64,000 nt of DNA, from contig JAKASS010000003.1 of NCBI GenBank assembly GCA_021818905.1, positions 10,445 to 74,444 on the forward strand, in the 5' to 3' direction. Positions 1 to 10,045 of the stretch are shown here, piece after piece (within the stretch, counting starts at the first letter, position 1; each line of letters begins with the position of its first letter). A program made the translations under genes and the position numbers. The notes under the pieces are model-generated. The model was not told the origin of the DNA. It did not search any database and worked only from the letters and a program-made list of their open reading frames with translations. This DNA is from Nanobdellota archaeon. GTDB lineage: Archaea; Nanobdellota; Nanobdellia; Parvarchaeales; Parvarchaeaceae.

Positions 1-263
1 TTCTTGAATTTCGGCGCCTGACCGTCGAATACGAACGATGGCTTTATGTCATTTATCAAAAGATTCATCGACCTGTAGAAAAGACCGTTCAGATGCGTCG
101 TGATGTTCCCTTCTTTATCTGTCAGATATGAACCGTCCGCTAATCTTATCGTTGTAAGAAATTGATATATCCAATTGAAAGCGTCTACTGCGATTGACTT
201 GCCAGCTAAGTCCTTAAGCTCTATTTCTCTGCCGTGGACAATGTCTTTTAATTTTACTCCCAT
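1..263 (-). CDS. fen1: Flap endonuclease FEN-1, N-terminal part; the gene runs off the window start
   Basis: Minus-strand ORF that the supplied track does not list. It reads MGVKLKDIVHGREIELKDLAGKSIAVDAFNWIYQFL...VFDGQAPKFK. This matches the conserved FEN-1/XPG N-domain (GK.IA.DA..LYQFL, FDG.PP.K). Confidence 0.8.
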   Translation of the reverse strand, partial: MGVKLKDIVHGREIELKDLAGKSIAVDAFNWIYQFLTTIRLADGSYLTDKEGNITTHLNGLFYRSMNLLINDIKPSFVFDGQAPKFK

Positions 264-264
264 A

Positions 265-1155
265 TCACATTGTAGTCACTATAACTTCTCCAGAATCAAA
301 CAGGAGGGTGTGTTCAAATTGCGCCACTAATCCATTGTCCCTTTCTTTCAGCACGTTAAATTCATACAGCGCGCCTGAGTTTACCATGCCCTTCAATTCT
401 AGGTCTGCAAATTTGCCGAACTTTTCAAGTATCCAGCGCTTCGCGAATGGAAGACCATGATATTCTTTTGATATAAAATCCAAGATCTCCCGGCCAAGTT
501 TGGCCCTCGGCGATTTCAGGTTATTAAGCATCAGTATCTGTACTTCTGAACTGTCTACTACGTAACCTCCCCCGGTGGTTGCAAAAGGTTCTATAGCTAT
601 GACTCCTTCTTTTCTTAAGGTCTTTTTAGATCCTGTAGCACAGTTCGGTATAAAATCTCCTTCGTGTATCTCATAACGCTTTATCCCATGCCCGCCTAGG
701 TTTACTATCGGTGAAAAACCTCGCGACCTTATTGTTTCTTCTATGGCATGACTTATATCGTCTATTTTCCCTACTGGTTTCGCGACCTTTATAGCCTCTG
801 CTAGGGCGGCATGAGCAGCTTTGACTAGGTCATTGTTATTCTGACCGACTACGACTGTTGCGGCGGTATCAGAAACGAATCCGTCTATGCTTGCGCCGAC
901 ATCTATTTTTAGAATGTCGCCTTCTTTAAGAACGATTTCATCGTTAAATTTCGGCGTGTAATGTGCAGCTATCTGGTTGATCGAAAGGTTCGGAGGGAAA
1001 GCGGGCTTTACGTTTAATTCGGCCATTTTTTTTTCTATTTCTCTTGCTAACCTAAGGAGAGATTCGCCCGGTTTGACCAATGAGACTGCGTATTCTCTTA
1101 TTGTCTTTCCCGCCTTTCCTGCTAGGATCCACTTCTCCCTTTCTTGTGCTTCCAT
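265..1155 (-). CDS. map: Methionine aminopeptidase, type 2 (archaeal)
   Basis: 296 aa with a MetAP2-like pita-bread fold pattern: HYTP...D.GA.IDGF..D.A.T..VG. It sits between fen1 and polB. Confidence 0.8.
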   Translation of the reverse strand: MEAQEREKWILAGKAGKTIREYAVSLVKPGESLLRLAREIEKKMAELNVKPAFPPNLSINQIAAHYTPKFNDEIVLKEGDILKIDVGASIDGFVSDTAATVVVGQNNNDLVKAAHAALAEAIKVAKPVGKIDDISHAIEETIRSRGFSPIVNLGGHGIKRYEIHEGDFIPNCATGSKKTLRKEGVIAIEPFATTGGGYVVDSSEVQILMLNNLKSPRAKLGREILDFISKEYHGLPFAKRWILEKFGKFADLELKGMVNSGALYEFNVLKERDNGLVAQFEHTLLFDSGEVIVTTM

Positions 1156-1192
1156 ATTACATAGTGTAGTAACCAGAATTAAAAATTATCTA

Positions 1193-3511
1193 TTAGAAAT
1201 TCGACAGCGACTCGTTCTTCCTTCCGACTATATCGTCTTCAGAATAACCCAATACGCTTAGTATCTGCATCACAGATGGAACCAGCTGCTGGTTGATGTA
1301 ATAGTCTGGATCATACTTTATCTTATTTTTCTTGGCAATGTCAAAGAGAACCGAACGGCTCGACACGTTTTCTCCTGGCCGTCCTTTTGATATTATGTAT
1401 TTTATGGTATCTCCGCTAGCAAATTCTATTCCGCTTTTAGATGCAGCTGAGATATGCCTGTTCGTCTGTTTGTAAGAGGATATATCCTTATGGAGCCGTG
1501 TGAATATCGTCAGTTTTTCCAGCGGAGTTTCGCCGCCTTTTATTTCCTTTATTATTTGCCTGACGTACTCTACCGCACCTTCTTTGTCATCATTTACCAA
1601 AATCCTCTTCAATATCTCTTTTTGTGTCTCTTTGGCTATTACGGCCCAATCACGCCTGACAGACTGAAAACCCTTTATCATTAAGTTGCCCTTCTCATCC
1701 GACATTGCATATTTCTTCTTCGCGCCTTTTTCACCTGCTTTTGAACTTACGAAAAGCGCGTGGCTGTATATACCTTGAAGCTCTAGCTCCATCGGATAAG
1801 GCAGGGTCTTATTTATTCCAGCTACGAAATCGTTTATGAAAGCTTTCATCCCGTTCTTGTGCATAAATGCGCTATCTGTGTCAGCGTATATTACATCGGC
1901 TCCGTCTTTTTCTGCTTCGCTTATTACTTTGTGCACGTATTCTCGGCCCAAAGCCGTGACTTCTCCTGCACATTCAAAACAGTACCATCTTGCATTGTAA
2001 TATCCGAGATAGCCATAAAATCCATTAGCAATCAGTTTCAATACCATAACTCTCGCATTAAGCTGTTGATTCTCCTTGTCGGCTTTCAACTTCTGCTTGG
2101 CGTCTACCCTAAGCCGTATAACTTCGTCGACAGTAGATGGTATGAATCCGAGTCTTTCTTCCTTTGACTTAAAAAGCATCTTTCCATTTTCGAAGTGTAT
2201 AGTAGACGGACATATGTTATGCGATACTATTATGCTGGGATAAAGACTTCTAAAATCCACGACTGCAACGTCCTTGTATAGGCCTGGCTTTGGCTGAAAG
2301 ACAAATGCTCCCACATTTATTCTCCTTATTCTTTCGTTGACTTCAAATTCGGAGGGTTTATTCGGTATAACTTCTCCTAGTTCGATAGCTTTTTTCATTA
2401 TAAAGTGCTCGACAACCGCGCCAGTAGTCATTCTAGAGATGTCGGATATCGTTTGACCGACTAGTTTATTCAATTCGCCGAAAAGATTGTACATCCTCTC
2501 GTATAGCCTGAAAGTTATGTAAGAATCTTTTATACAGTAAGTACATAGAGCGCCGGCGGTTTCCCGATTTGAGAATACGCTATCTATTTTAGCCCAGTCA
2601 AACTCTCCTTTTTTCTCGCCAAGAGTCTCAGCAGCGACTTCCTTCAGACTCAAAACTTCTGTCTTAAGATTATAGATCGCGTATATGTTGCGTATGAAAT
2701 TGAGTATGTCTATGTGAACGCTGCCATTTATTTCTGAGACTTTCCTCTTTTCTCCTTTTATCTTTATTTCGAACCCGCTAAAAAGCGGCTTTATGCCAAG
2801 AACGTCGGCTCGCTGTTTTATGTATGGCAGGTCAAAGGTGTCCGAATTATAACCGATTAAAGTATTGAAGCCGTTTTCGGACACGAACTTTGCAAATCTT
2901 AGGATGACTTCTTTTTCGTCCTCTACTTTTTCTATGCCCTCTCCTTCCGCATCTAGCCAAGTAAAACATTTGTTTACGTTATAATTTGAAAGTGATATGG
3001 CCAAAATAGGGTCGGCCTTTGCATCTGGAAAGGCCCTTTTGGAATAAGTCTCTATATCAAATGCTATCGCTTTCAATGGAGGATTGCCGATTTCTACGCC
3101 CATTATTTTCTTTATCCTGTCGCCGTCAACGTTCACCTTTACCCTCGAAGAAGTGCCTATTCCCTTGTCTAGAAGATATCTCTTATAAAATGGAATGTCC
3201 GCATCGTATATCTTTACGTTTAACTGCCTAAGCTTTGGCACATCCTCCGGTAATTTTGTGAAGATCTTTGATACTATTATTTTGTCTCCAAGCCTTAGTT
3301 TTTCCGTCTGCTCTATCCTTCCTATAAAAGACATGCCTGCGGTCATCTGCTCTACGCGTTCTTTGCTAGCTCCTATGTAGCAGTATGGCTCAAAAGAATC
3401 GTCGTATAATATTTTCCTCTCGCCTTTCTCGACGATCCCGAACAGTCTAACTACCGGTTTCCCATCTATAACTATGTAATCGGCGTCTATTGGAAACATC
3501 TCTAATTCCAC
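1193..3511 (-). CDS. polB: Family B DNA polymerase
   Basis: 772 aa. The exonuclease motif FDIETY and the polymerase motif C YADTDS (YxDTDS) are present, together with KKKY. Confidence 0.9.
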   Translation of the reverse strand: MELEMFPIDADYIVIDGKPVVRLFGIVEKGERKILYDDSFEPYCYIGASKERVEQMTAGMSFIGRIEQTEKLRLGDKIIVSKIFTKLPEDVPKLRQLNVKIYDADIPFYKRYLLDKGIGTSSRVKVNVDGDRIKKIMGVEIGNPPLKAIAFDIETYSKRAFPDAKADPILAISLSNYNVNKCFTWLDAEGEGIEKVEDEKEVILRFAKFVSENGFNTLIGYNSDTFDLPYIKQRADVLGIKPLFSGFEIKIKGEKRKVSEINGSVHIDILNFIRNIYAIYNLKTEVLSLKEVAAETLGEKKGEFDWAKIDSVFSNRETAGALCTYCIKDSYITFRLYERMYNLFGELNKLVGQTISDISRMTTGAVVEHFIMKKAIELGEVIPNKPSEFEVNERIRRINVGAFVFQPKPGLYKDVAVVDFRSLYPSIIVSHNICPSTIHFENGKMLFKSKEERLGFIPSTVDEVIRLRVDAKQKLKADKENQQLNARVMVLKLIANGFYGYLGYYNARWYCFECAGEVTALGREYVHKVISEAEKDGADVIYADTDSAFMHKNGMKAFINDFVAGINKTLPYPMELELQGIYSHALFVSSKAGEKGAKKKYAMSDEKGNLMIKGFQSVRRDWAVIAKETQKEILKRILVNDDKEGAVEYVRQIIKEIKGGETPLEKLTIFTRLHKDISSYKQTNRHISAASKSGIEFASGDTIKYIISKGRPGENVSSRSVLFDIAKKNKIKYDPDYYINQQLVPSVMQILSVLGYSEDDIVGRKNESLSNF

Positions 3512-3583
3512 AAGTTATTAAGAACTGGCTTCAAAATATAACCTTAAATTTTTATTTGGTAGTATCTAAAAATAAACTAAGAT

Positions 3584-3603
3584 GCTAGTTATGCACAGGC
3601 GTA
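3584..3603 (-). repeat. Solo copy of the terminal inverted repeat of the IS5-family element at 5428-6532
   Basis: gctagttatgcacaggcgta is 19/20 identical to the IS right end at 6513-6532. It lies 11 nt after the glmS stop and 80 nt upstream of the polB start. Confidence 0.6.
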
Positions 3604-3613
3604 CGGTATATCT

Positions 3614-5368
3614 TTATAATACCGTTACGGTTTTGGCTAAATTGCGTGGATGATCAATGTCTAAACCTTTTAGCATAGCAGTTTTATAGGCTAAGAGTTG
3701 TAAAATAATGGCGTGCATAACAAACGTAAATGCCCCTCCATTTTGTGTCCTTATGAACATGTCGAAAACGTTTTCATTTTTATCCGAAATGCCTATTATG
3801 TTCCCGCCCCTCGCCTTAACTTCCTGTAGGTTATAGAGCATATCGTTTCTTGTGACTTCAGATACAACAGCTGCAGCATATACCTTATCCGATATTAATG
3901 CCAAAGGTCCATGTTTGAAAGTCGCTGCGTCTATGGCTTCTGCATGTATGTAAGATACTTCCTTAAGTTTAAGCGCCCCTTCCAATGCTGTTATATAGTT
4001 TGCGTCTCTCCCTAGGAAGAAAACATTTTCTAATCCCTTTATCTTCTCTGCGACTTTGTCTATTGCCGATAAGACCGAAGGAACCAGAAGATTATACATG
4101 TTAATGTTCATCAGTTTCAAATCGCGTATCGCTTCTTCTCCCCTGCCTGCCGCGAACATGCCGATAAAAGTTAAATATACCCCCGATAATGTGAAAGATT
4201 TTGTGGAAGCTACGGCTTTCTCAAGCCCTGCGCCGATTGGTATTAACACGTCTACGTCCTTGGCTAGAGTAGAGCCTTCAGAGTTTATTACGCCAATTTT
4301 TTGGTTCTTGTATATCAATGGAAGAACGTTTATTATGTCGGCCGTTTCGCCGCTCTGCGATATTAGTATGAAAACGTCTTCAGCGGATATTACTTTCCTG
4401 TACGTGATAAGATCCTGTCCTTGGACAGCTACTGCGTTTATTCCATTTTCTCTCAAGACTTTTGCTCCAAGCATGGCGGCATGATAAGAAGTGCCTGCCC
4501 CCATAAGATATACTTGTTTAGCGTGCTTTACAAGTTCGGCTGCCCTTACAACGTTCTTTAGGTCTGCGCTTTCTAGGTTTTTCATAAGGCCCGGTTGTTC
4601 CATTATTTCCTTGATCATAAAATGTTCATAGTCCCCTTTTTCTGCTTGTTGGTAAGAAAAGTTAACGGTCGAAACGTCGTGGTTGACGTCTCTGTTCATT
4701 AGGTTTGTTATAGTATAATTCTTCTTGCCCAATACTACCATGTCGCTGTCAGACAAGTAGACGACTTTATTCGTATGCCTTACAAACGATGGGACGTCGC
4801 TAGAAAGGAAATTGCCGTTTTTTGCGATTCCCAGAACAAGCGGAGAACCTTTCTTTACTGCAATCAAGTCATCGGATTGTTTATCTAGAACGATGAACGA
4901 AGAAGAACCTTTTATCTTATTGAACGCGTCTTTCACGGCGGATTGTATGTCTGCGCCGTCGTTTAATTTTTCCTCTATAAGGTGCGATAAAACTTCTGTG
5001 TCTGTGTCGGATACGAATCTGTGCGCGCCTAAGGATTCCTTAAGCTCGGCCCAATTTTCTATTATGCCGTTATGTGCCACTGCTATCCTGTGCGTACAGT
5101 CGACCATCGGGTGCGCATTTTCAGCCTTTATGCCCCCATGTGTCGCCCATCTCGTGTGGAATATGGCTTTTGAAGAAGAGAAATCCTGTATTTTGTATTT
5201 GTTTATTACGTCATCTACCTTCCCTATATCTTTCTTTATTATTATGCCGACTTTAGAATCAATTGCACAGCCAAAGCTATCGTAACCCCTGTATTCCAAG
5301 TTACGTATCCCTTCCAAAAGATATGGGATTGCATCGTCTTGCCCATTATAGGCTATAATTCCACACAT
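3614..5368 (-). CDS. glmS: Glutamine--fructose-6-phosphate aminotransferase
   Basis: N-terminal MCGIIAY (Ntn glutaminase Cys1), followed by two SIS domains. Confidence 0.9.
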   Translation of the reverse strand: MCGIIAYNGQDDAIPYLLEGIRNLEYRGYDSFGCAIDSKVGIIIKKDIGKVDDVINKYKIQDFSSSKAIFHTRWATHGGIKAENAHPMVDCTHRIAVAHNGIIENWAELKESLGAHRFVSDTDTEVLSHLIEEKLNDGADIQSAVKDAFNKIKGSSSFIVLDKQSDDLIAVKKGSPLVLGIAKNGNFLSSDVPSFVRHTNKVVYLSDSDMVVLGKKNYTITNLMNRDVNHDVSTVNFSYQQAEKGDYEHFMIKEIMEQPGLMKNLESADLKNVVRAAELVKHAKQVYLMGAGTSYHAAMLGAKVLRENGINAVAVQGQDLITYRKVISAEDVFILISQSGETADIINVLPLIYKNQKIGVINSEGSTLAKDVDVLIPIGAGLEKAVASTKSFTLSGVYLTFIGMFAAGRGEEAIRDLKLMNINMYNLLVPSVLSAIDKVAEKIKGLENVFFLGRDANYITALEGALKLKEVSYIHAEAIDAATFKHGPLALISDKVYAAAVVSEVTRNDMLYNLQEVKARGGNIIGISDKNENVFDMFIRTQNGGAFTFVMHAIILQLLAYKTAMLKGLDIDHPRNLAKTVTVL

Positions 5369-5427
5369 AATCGATAAAACAAATATTACTAAGATTATAG
5401 CTAGTATTTAAGCCTATATCCAGAGTT

Positions 5428-6532
5428 TACGCTTGTGCATAAGTGCTTTATAGGATCACTGCTTCTGCAAGGATATGGCGTCTAATATCGCTAAAAACAG
5501 GGTAGAAAGGAGTGGAGGCTGCCTTGACAAACGGAGTAAACCATATGACAAGGGATCGTCGCCTCCAGAAATGTGAGGCAGTGATAGGTAATATAGTCGA
5601 CTGGAAGCAAAATGAGCGCCCTGCGCTGCTTTCAATGGACGAAGACGAGTCCGGGAGGCCTTTCCTTTATTCGGACGAGCTTATCACAAAGATAAGCTTC
5701 TTGAGGTCCATGTTCTGCGACAAGCTTATCCCCACCGAAGCTTTGACGAGGAGGCTTTACGGCAGCTCTCCAGACCATACCACGATAAGCAGGAGGCTTT
5801 ACCGCCTTGATGTGAAATGGATCATCGACAAGAAACGCAGGAAAGGAAGGCTCTTGGCGATAGACGCCACAGGGATGTCCATCTGCCGTACGGGAAGCTA
5901 CAGGCATTCAAAATACGGGGGAACGCCTAGATTCTGCAAACTACATGCTTTGATCGACCCCGATACCAAAGAGATCGTGGACTTAAGGGTCACCACAGAC
6001 CGCTGTCATGACAATAGGAAGTTCCGTCCCATAGTCAGGGAAGCCGCGAAAAGAGGGGACACCGTCTACGCCGACGGAGCTTATGATTCAAAGGAGAACT
6101 TTGACTATCTCGCAAGGAACGGCATCAGAAGCGGCATAAAGATAAGGAGGAACTTCTCCACCAAGGCTGGAGGGAGCTACGCCAGGCAGAAAGCCGTGAT
6201 GGAGCAGTTCGGGATATCGACTGTGCGTCTTAAGGGAAGGCTCCATTTCCTGCCTACCGAAGGGGTCGTCTTCGACAAGATAGGATACTACCAGCAAAAA
6301 TGGAAGGAAAAGGTGGGATATGGAAAAAGATGGCTGGTCGAGTCCTTCTTCTCCGCCTTCAAACGCCGCTTTGGAGAGCACGTATGCTCCCGGAGATGGA
6401 GGTCTGTGCAGAACGAGCTCAAGCTGAAGGCGATGCCTTACAATAAGCTTCTCGAAACGTAAGCCGATACGAGAAAGATGAAAGACCGCTAGCTGTGGCT
6501 ATCGCCTTCTAGGCTAGTCATGCACAGGCGTA
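5428..6532 (+). mobile_element. IS5-family insertion sequence, about 1.1 kb, with 13-bp terminal inverted repeats TACGCYTGTGCAT
   Basis: The left end is tacgcttgtgcat at 5428-5440. The right end is atgcacaggcgta at 6520-6532, which is the reverse complement with one mismatch. It encloses a single DDE transposase ORF. Confidence 0.7.
5512..6462 (+). CDS. DDE transposase, IS5 family (DDE_Tnp_1-like)
   Basis: 316 aa. Candidate DDE residues are LLAIDATG, VYADGAYD and a C-terminal KRWLVESFFSAFKRRFG block typical of IS5/IS4-type transposases. Confidence 0.75.
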   Translation: MEAALTNGVNHMTRDRRLQKCEAVIGNIVDWKQNERPALLSMDEDESGRPFLYSDELITKISFLRSMFCDKLIPTEALTRRLYGSSPDHTTISRRLYRLDVKWIIDKKRRKGRLLAIDATGMSICRTGSYRHSKYGGTPRFCKLHALIDPDTKEIVDLRVTTDRCHDNRKFRPIVREAAKRGDTVYADGAYDSKENFDYLARNGIRSGIKIRRNFSTKAGGSYARQKAVMEQFGISTVRLKGRLHFLPTEGVVFDKIGYYQQKWKEKVGYGKRWLVESFFSAFKRRFGEHVCSRRWRSVQNELKLKAMPYNKLLET

Positions 6533-6717
6533 TTGTCTTTCTAAAACCATTTAAATCCACACTGCTGCTTTTACAATAATTACATCGGTTTTCCATTTTC
6601 ACCTTAAATAAAGATGGCAGCCGGTGTAATTAAGATTCACCAACCGTATTTGGTAACAGTGCCCAACGCCCGTGGATAGCAAACGTTTTTATAATAATGT
6701 ATGCCTAATATACGTTT

Positions 6718-7644
6718 ATGAAGACGTTCATATTGAAAACTGATGAGAACGGCTATTTTATAAACGACACCAAGATCGTAGACAACATCGAAGATTTAAG
6801 ACCTATCGTAAACTCGACTTCGATTGATATATTGAAGGTGCTTGTAAAGAAACCTGCGTCGCTAGATGAAATAGCAAAAACCACCAAACTATCGAAGAAG
6901 AAAACTGCTGATCTTATCAAGAATCTCGAAAAAGCCGGATTGATAACGATACAAAATAAAACGGCCAAACGAGGCAACATATACAAATCCGTTACGAACT
7001 CGTTCGCATTCGAGGTTTCCGATGCCAAGGTGAAGTTGGCGATAAGGGAACAAAGCATTGGCGACGAAGGCACCGCTAGATTTTTCAGAAAATTCATAAA
7101 AGACGGGAAATTTGACGGATATATCTGCGTCGGTTCTACGGACCCACATGGAGAATACAGATCTATCGCAAGGGACACGCACTATGCCCTTTATCTTGCG
7201 ATGTTTCTGGGGCAGTTCTGTGAACTTCCAAAGGATTTCCCCATAGTATTAGACACCGACGTTATAGCCAAAAATCTATTCAAACAAAATCTCATAGTCA
7301 TCGGCGGTCCAGTAACGAATCTAGTGACAAGAGACGTAAACAACTTTTTGCCGATGAAATTTGAAAAAGCCGAAGGATGGGCGCTTAAAGATAAGGGCGG
7401 GGTACACAGCAGGGACTATGAGGGCGCTATAGAGAAGATAAGGAACCCCTTTGAAAAGACAAAGGACATGCTAGTGCTTGGCGGGATAAGAAACATAGGT
7501 ACGCTCTCGTCGATACTTGCTGCGACCAGATTTTCTAAGCTTACATTTAGAAGCTACAACGACGAACCGATTTGGAACGTGCTGGTCAGAGGATACGACA
7601 TAGACGGCGACGGCGAGATAGATTCTGTAGAAACCGTAAGATGA
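6718..7644 (+). CDS. Winged-helix DNA-binding protein with an uncharacterized C-terminal domain
   Basis: The N-terminus has an ArsR-like wHTH (IDILKVLVKKPASLDEIAKTTKLS...LEKAGLI). The remaining 200 aa have no recognizable motif. The stop codon overlaps the ligT start (ATGA). Confidence 0.5.
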   Translation: MKTFILKTDENGYFINDTKIVDNIEDLRPIVNSTSIDILKVLVKKPASLDEIAKTTKLSKKKTADLIKNLEKAGLITIQNKTAKRGNIYKSVTNSFAFEVSDAKVKLAIREQSIGDEGTARFFRKFIKDGKFDGYICVGSTDPHGEYRSIARDTHYALYLAMFLGQFCELPKDFPIVLDTDVIAKNLFKQNLIVIGGPVTNLVTRDVNNFLPMKFEKAEGWALKDKGGVHSRDYEGAIEKIRNPFEKTKDMLVLGGIRNIGTLSSILAATRFSKLTFRSYNDEPIWNVLVRGYDIDGDGEIDSVETVR

Positions 7645-8126
7645 GACGACTTTTCATCGCAATAGAATTAAAACCGGAAATCTCAAATGAGATCTGGACA
7701 TCAATATCTAAGATAAAAGCGAAAGTAAACGGCGCCTTTGTAGAAAAAGAAAAATTGCACATAACACTTCTCTTCCTTGGTGACCCAAAGCTTTCAAATG
7801 GAGACATAATAAACGCAGTAAAGTCACAGACTATAGACCGCGACATCGAAATAAGCGGACTTGATGCTTTTCCTAGCTGGGCTGGGCCAAGGCTACTTTT
7901 TATAGACATTAAGACTAATCTCTCAGATGTTTATCGCGAACTTTGCCAAAAACTTGGCGTTAAAGAAGAAAGGTCTTTTCGCCCGCATATAACGATATGT
8001 AGAATAAAAGGAAATATGGCATCCAAGATGGAGCTGCAGACCAGTTTCTATGTAGACGAAAGATTCAGGGTCAAAAAACTAAGCCTATTCGATAGCGATT
8101 TTAGGAACTATCACCAGCTTTATTAA
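7641..8126 (+). CDS. thpR: 2'-5' RNA ligase / 2',3'-cyclic phosphodiesterase (LigT/ThpR, 2H family)
   Basis: Two H-x-T/S-x motifs are present (HITLLFLG and HITICRI). The start was moved to the Met of MRRLFIAIEL, because the track ORF carries an Arg-rich N-terminal overlap with the upstream gene. Confidence 0.75.
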   Translation: MRRLFIAIELKPEISNEIWTSISKIKAKVNGAFVEKEKLHITLLFLGDPKLSNGDIINAVKSQTIDRDIEISGLDAFPSWAGPRLLFIDIKTNLSDVYRELCQKLGVKEERSFRPHITICRIKGNMASKMELQTSFYVDERFRVKKLSLFDSDFRNYHQLY

Positions 8127-8788
8127 GCGCCTTTTTCTCTGGTCATGAAGTATACTGCAACTGCCATAGCGGCCAAAGTCAAAAGAAGCGACATTACGCT
8201 TGGTGCGGTAAGTATCGAGATTACATACGCACTTGTAATATAATCAAGCGAGTGGTTTACAGTAACGCTACCCGAGCTGCTGTTCGAAGAAGTAGAGTTT
8301 GCGGCAGTGCTGGAGCTACCACAATTGGCTATGCAGGCTGTAGATGCGACCGGCGTAGTGCCAAGCTGTTGGCTTGCGGCGCCATATGCTATCAGGCCGA
8401 ATATAAACATAATGAAGACTATAAGCACTGGAACGAGCGTACTTTTCTTAAGGTATGCACCGACGCTTTCCTGTGGTATCGTTGCTGTGTTAAACAAAAG
8501 CATTATCAGGAACAGAAACACGAGTATGGCAAGAACGTACGGGAGAAAAGCTATTACGAAGTCTACAAAGAAAGCCGATGCAAGCGAAACCAATGCTACT
8601 GCTATAGCTATCAATGCCGGGATATCAGATTTGTCAAAAAATCTAGACCTCGATAATACTGCGTACACCAGTGCGAAGACCAGCACAAATATCACTAAAT
8701 CGTATATACCAAATATCTGTAAACTTAGTGCCATATATATGGTAATTGTTAAATCGTTAATCTTTCGAACCTGCGCTTGAACCGCCAA
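8123..8788 (-). CDS. Hypothetical polytopic membrane protein
   Basis: 221 aa with several hydrophobic helices and a Ser/Thr/Asn-rich loop. Confidence 0.5.
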   Translation of the reverse strand: MAVQAQVRKINDLTITIYMALSLQIFGIYDLVIFVLVFALVYAVLSRSRFFDKSDIPALIAIAVALVSLASAFFVDFVIAFLPYVLAILVFLFLIMLLFNTATIPQESVGAYLKKSTLVPVLIVFIMFIFGLIAYGAASQQLGTTPVASTACIANCGSSSTAANSTSSNSSSGSVTVNHSLDYITSAYVISILTAPSVMSLLLTLAAMAVAVYFMTREKGA

Positions 8789-9356
8789 ACAACCATGCTA
8801 CCACTACTATTATGGCTATAACAACAACGAGCAAGGCGATGTTCCCAGAATTGCTGAAGAACGTAGACAGTACCGTGCCCATCTGGCTAGTCGCCGAAGT
8901 CGCCCCTGTGGTCCCAGCATTGCCGCCTGCGCCTGCTGGTACGACTGCGTAAGAGAACAGCCCCCCTGCGAAAACAACTATTATCGCCCCGACAAAAAGC
9001 CATTGCGCGGCTTTTCCTTGTTTTAGTTTATCATCATATCCCACAAGAGCAGCCACTATGAGTATTGCTACAAGTATCATGGCCGTGACCGCTAGCGTAG
9101 ATGCCATGTACATAAGCACCGGGCCTACCCATGCCGCGGTAACTGCGAAGAACGATATTATAAGCGCGGTCAAAGCTCTAGCGCCTTTATTCTCGTTTTC
9201 TTGGAAAAAGCTTACTTTCTTTAGGACCGTGTTGAGTATGGCTAGTACAAGTAAGAATGATAACCAAAATTCTACTGGATTCGTTACGTTTGCTGGAGTT
9301 ATCACTTGTAGCGCACTCTGTATAGAGGTGTACAACGACCCCGCTTCTACTACCAT
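8757..9356 (-). CDS. Hypothetical polytopic membrane protein
   Basis: 199 aa, hydrophobic throughout. It is in tandem with its neighbours, with overlapping ends. Confidence 0.5.
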   Translation of the reverse strand: MVVEAGSLYTSIQSALQVITPANVTNPVEFWLSFLLVLAILNTVLKKVSFFQENENKGARALTALIISFFAVTAAWVGPVLMYMASTLAVTAMILVAILIVAALVGYDDKLKQGKAAQWLFVGAIIVVFAGGLFSYAVVPAGAGGNAGTTGATSATSQMGTVLSTFFSNSGNIALLVVVIAIIVVVAWLFGGSSAGSKD

Positions 9357-9430
9357 ATTAGTTTATTGGTAGGTTATAGTATTTATACCTTTATCTGTTT
9401 ATTTTCACTGTAAAGTAGAAGGAATTTTTA

Positions 9431-9994
9431 TTACTTAGAAAGCAGGTATCCTATCACTACCAAGAAGATTAAAACGGCCGCGTAAGGTCCATAGTTATAC
9501 AATCCATTTAAGATAGCTTGCTGGCTGAGCCCCGCAAACCCGAAGTTAGACCCTACAAGTACCCATAATATAAGTATTACTGAGATTATCGCTGCGAGTA
9601 TTATTATTATCTTCTTTCCGCTGCGTGGAAAGTCGCTTCCAGCGGTGTCCCCGTAGACCATTGATGCGAGGACCAAAAGCATGAATATGATTATCGCGAC
9701 TATGCCGGCTATAGGCAATATTATGTATGTCAGATTTAAGGTGTAGCTCGTCGTTGCGAAAACTATGCCCAATACGAACGCTATTATCGATTCTACGTCT
9801 CTCTTGCCCTCGAACATCTTGCTTTTTTCAAGGACGCCGTATACTATCGCAAAAATCAGAAGAAACGGGAAAAGGAAAGACCCTATCCCGGAGTAAAGCA
9901 ACGAAACCGATGCCGGTGTAGAAGTAAGCGTGTGCGTTATATTAGTCGTATTACTAACCGTTGAATTGAATAATGTCGCTAAAGTGCTGAACAT
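9431..9994 (-). CDS. Hypothetical polytopic membrane protein
   Basis: 187 aa with about five TM helices. The N-terminus is Thr/Ser/Asn-rich. Confidence 0.5.
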   Translation of the reverse strand: MFSTLATLFNSTVSNTTNITHTLTSTPASVSLLYSGIGSFLFPFLLIFAIVYGVLEKSKMFEGKRDVESIIAFVLGIVFATTSYTLNLTYIILPIAGIVAIIIFMLLVLASMVYGDTAGSDFPRSGKKIIIILAAIISVILILWVLVGSNFGFAGLSQQAILNGLYNYGPYAAVLIFLVVIGYLLSK

Positions 9995-10045
9995 AATATA
10001 TGTTATTGGCTGTTCTATTTAAATGCTGACTAATTTATTATCTGC

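Noticed and set aside
1454-5285. Several 60-157 aa ORFs on the plus strand inside polB and glmS
   Set aside because: They are nested antisense to long, well-supported genes, have biased low-complexity translations, and are frame artefacts.
8252-8780. Plus-strand ORFs of 134 and 157 aa opposite the membrane-protein genes
   Set aside because: They overlap hydrophobic-protein genes on the other strand, and their Cys/Arg-rich translations are typical of the antisense of TM-helix coding sequence.
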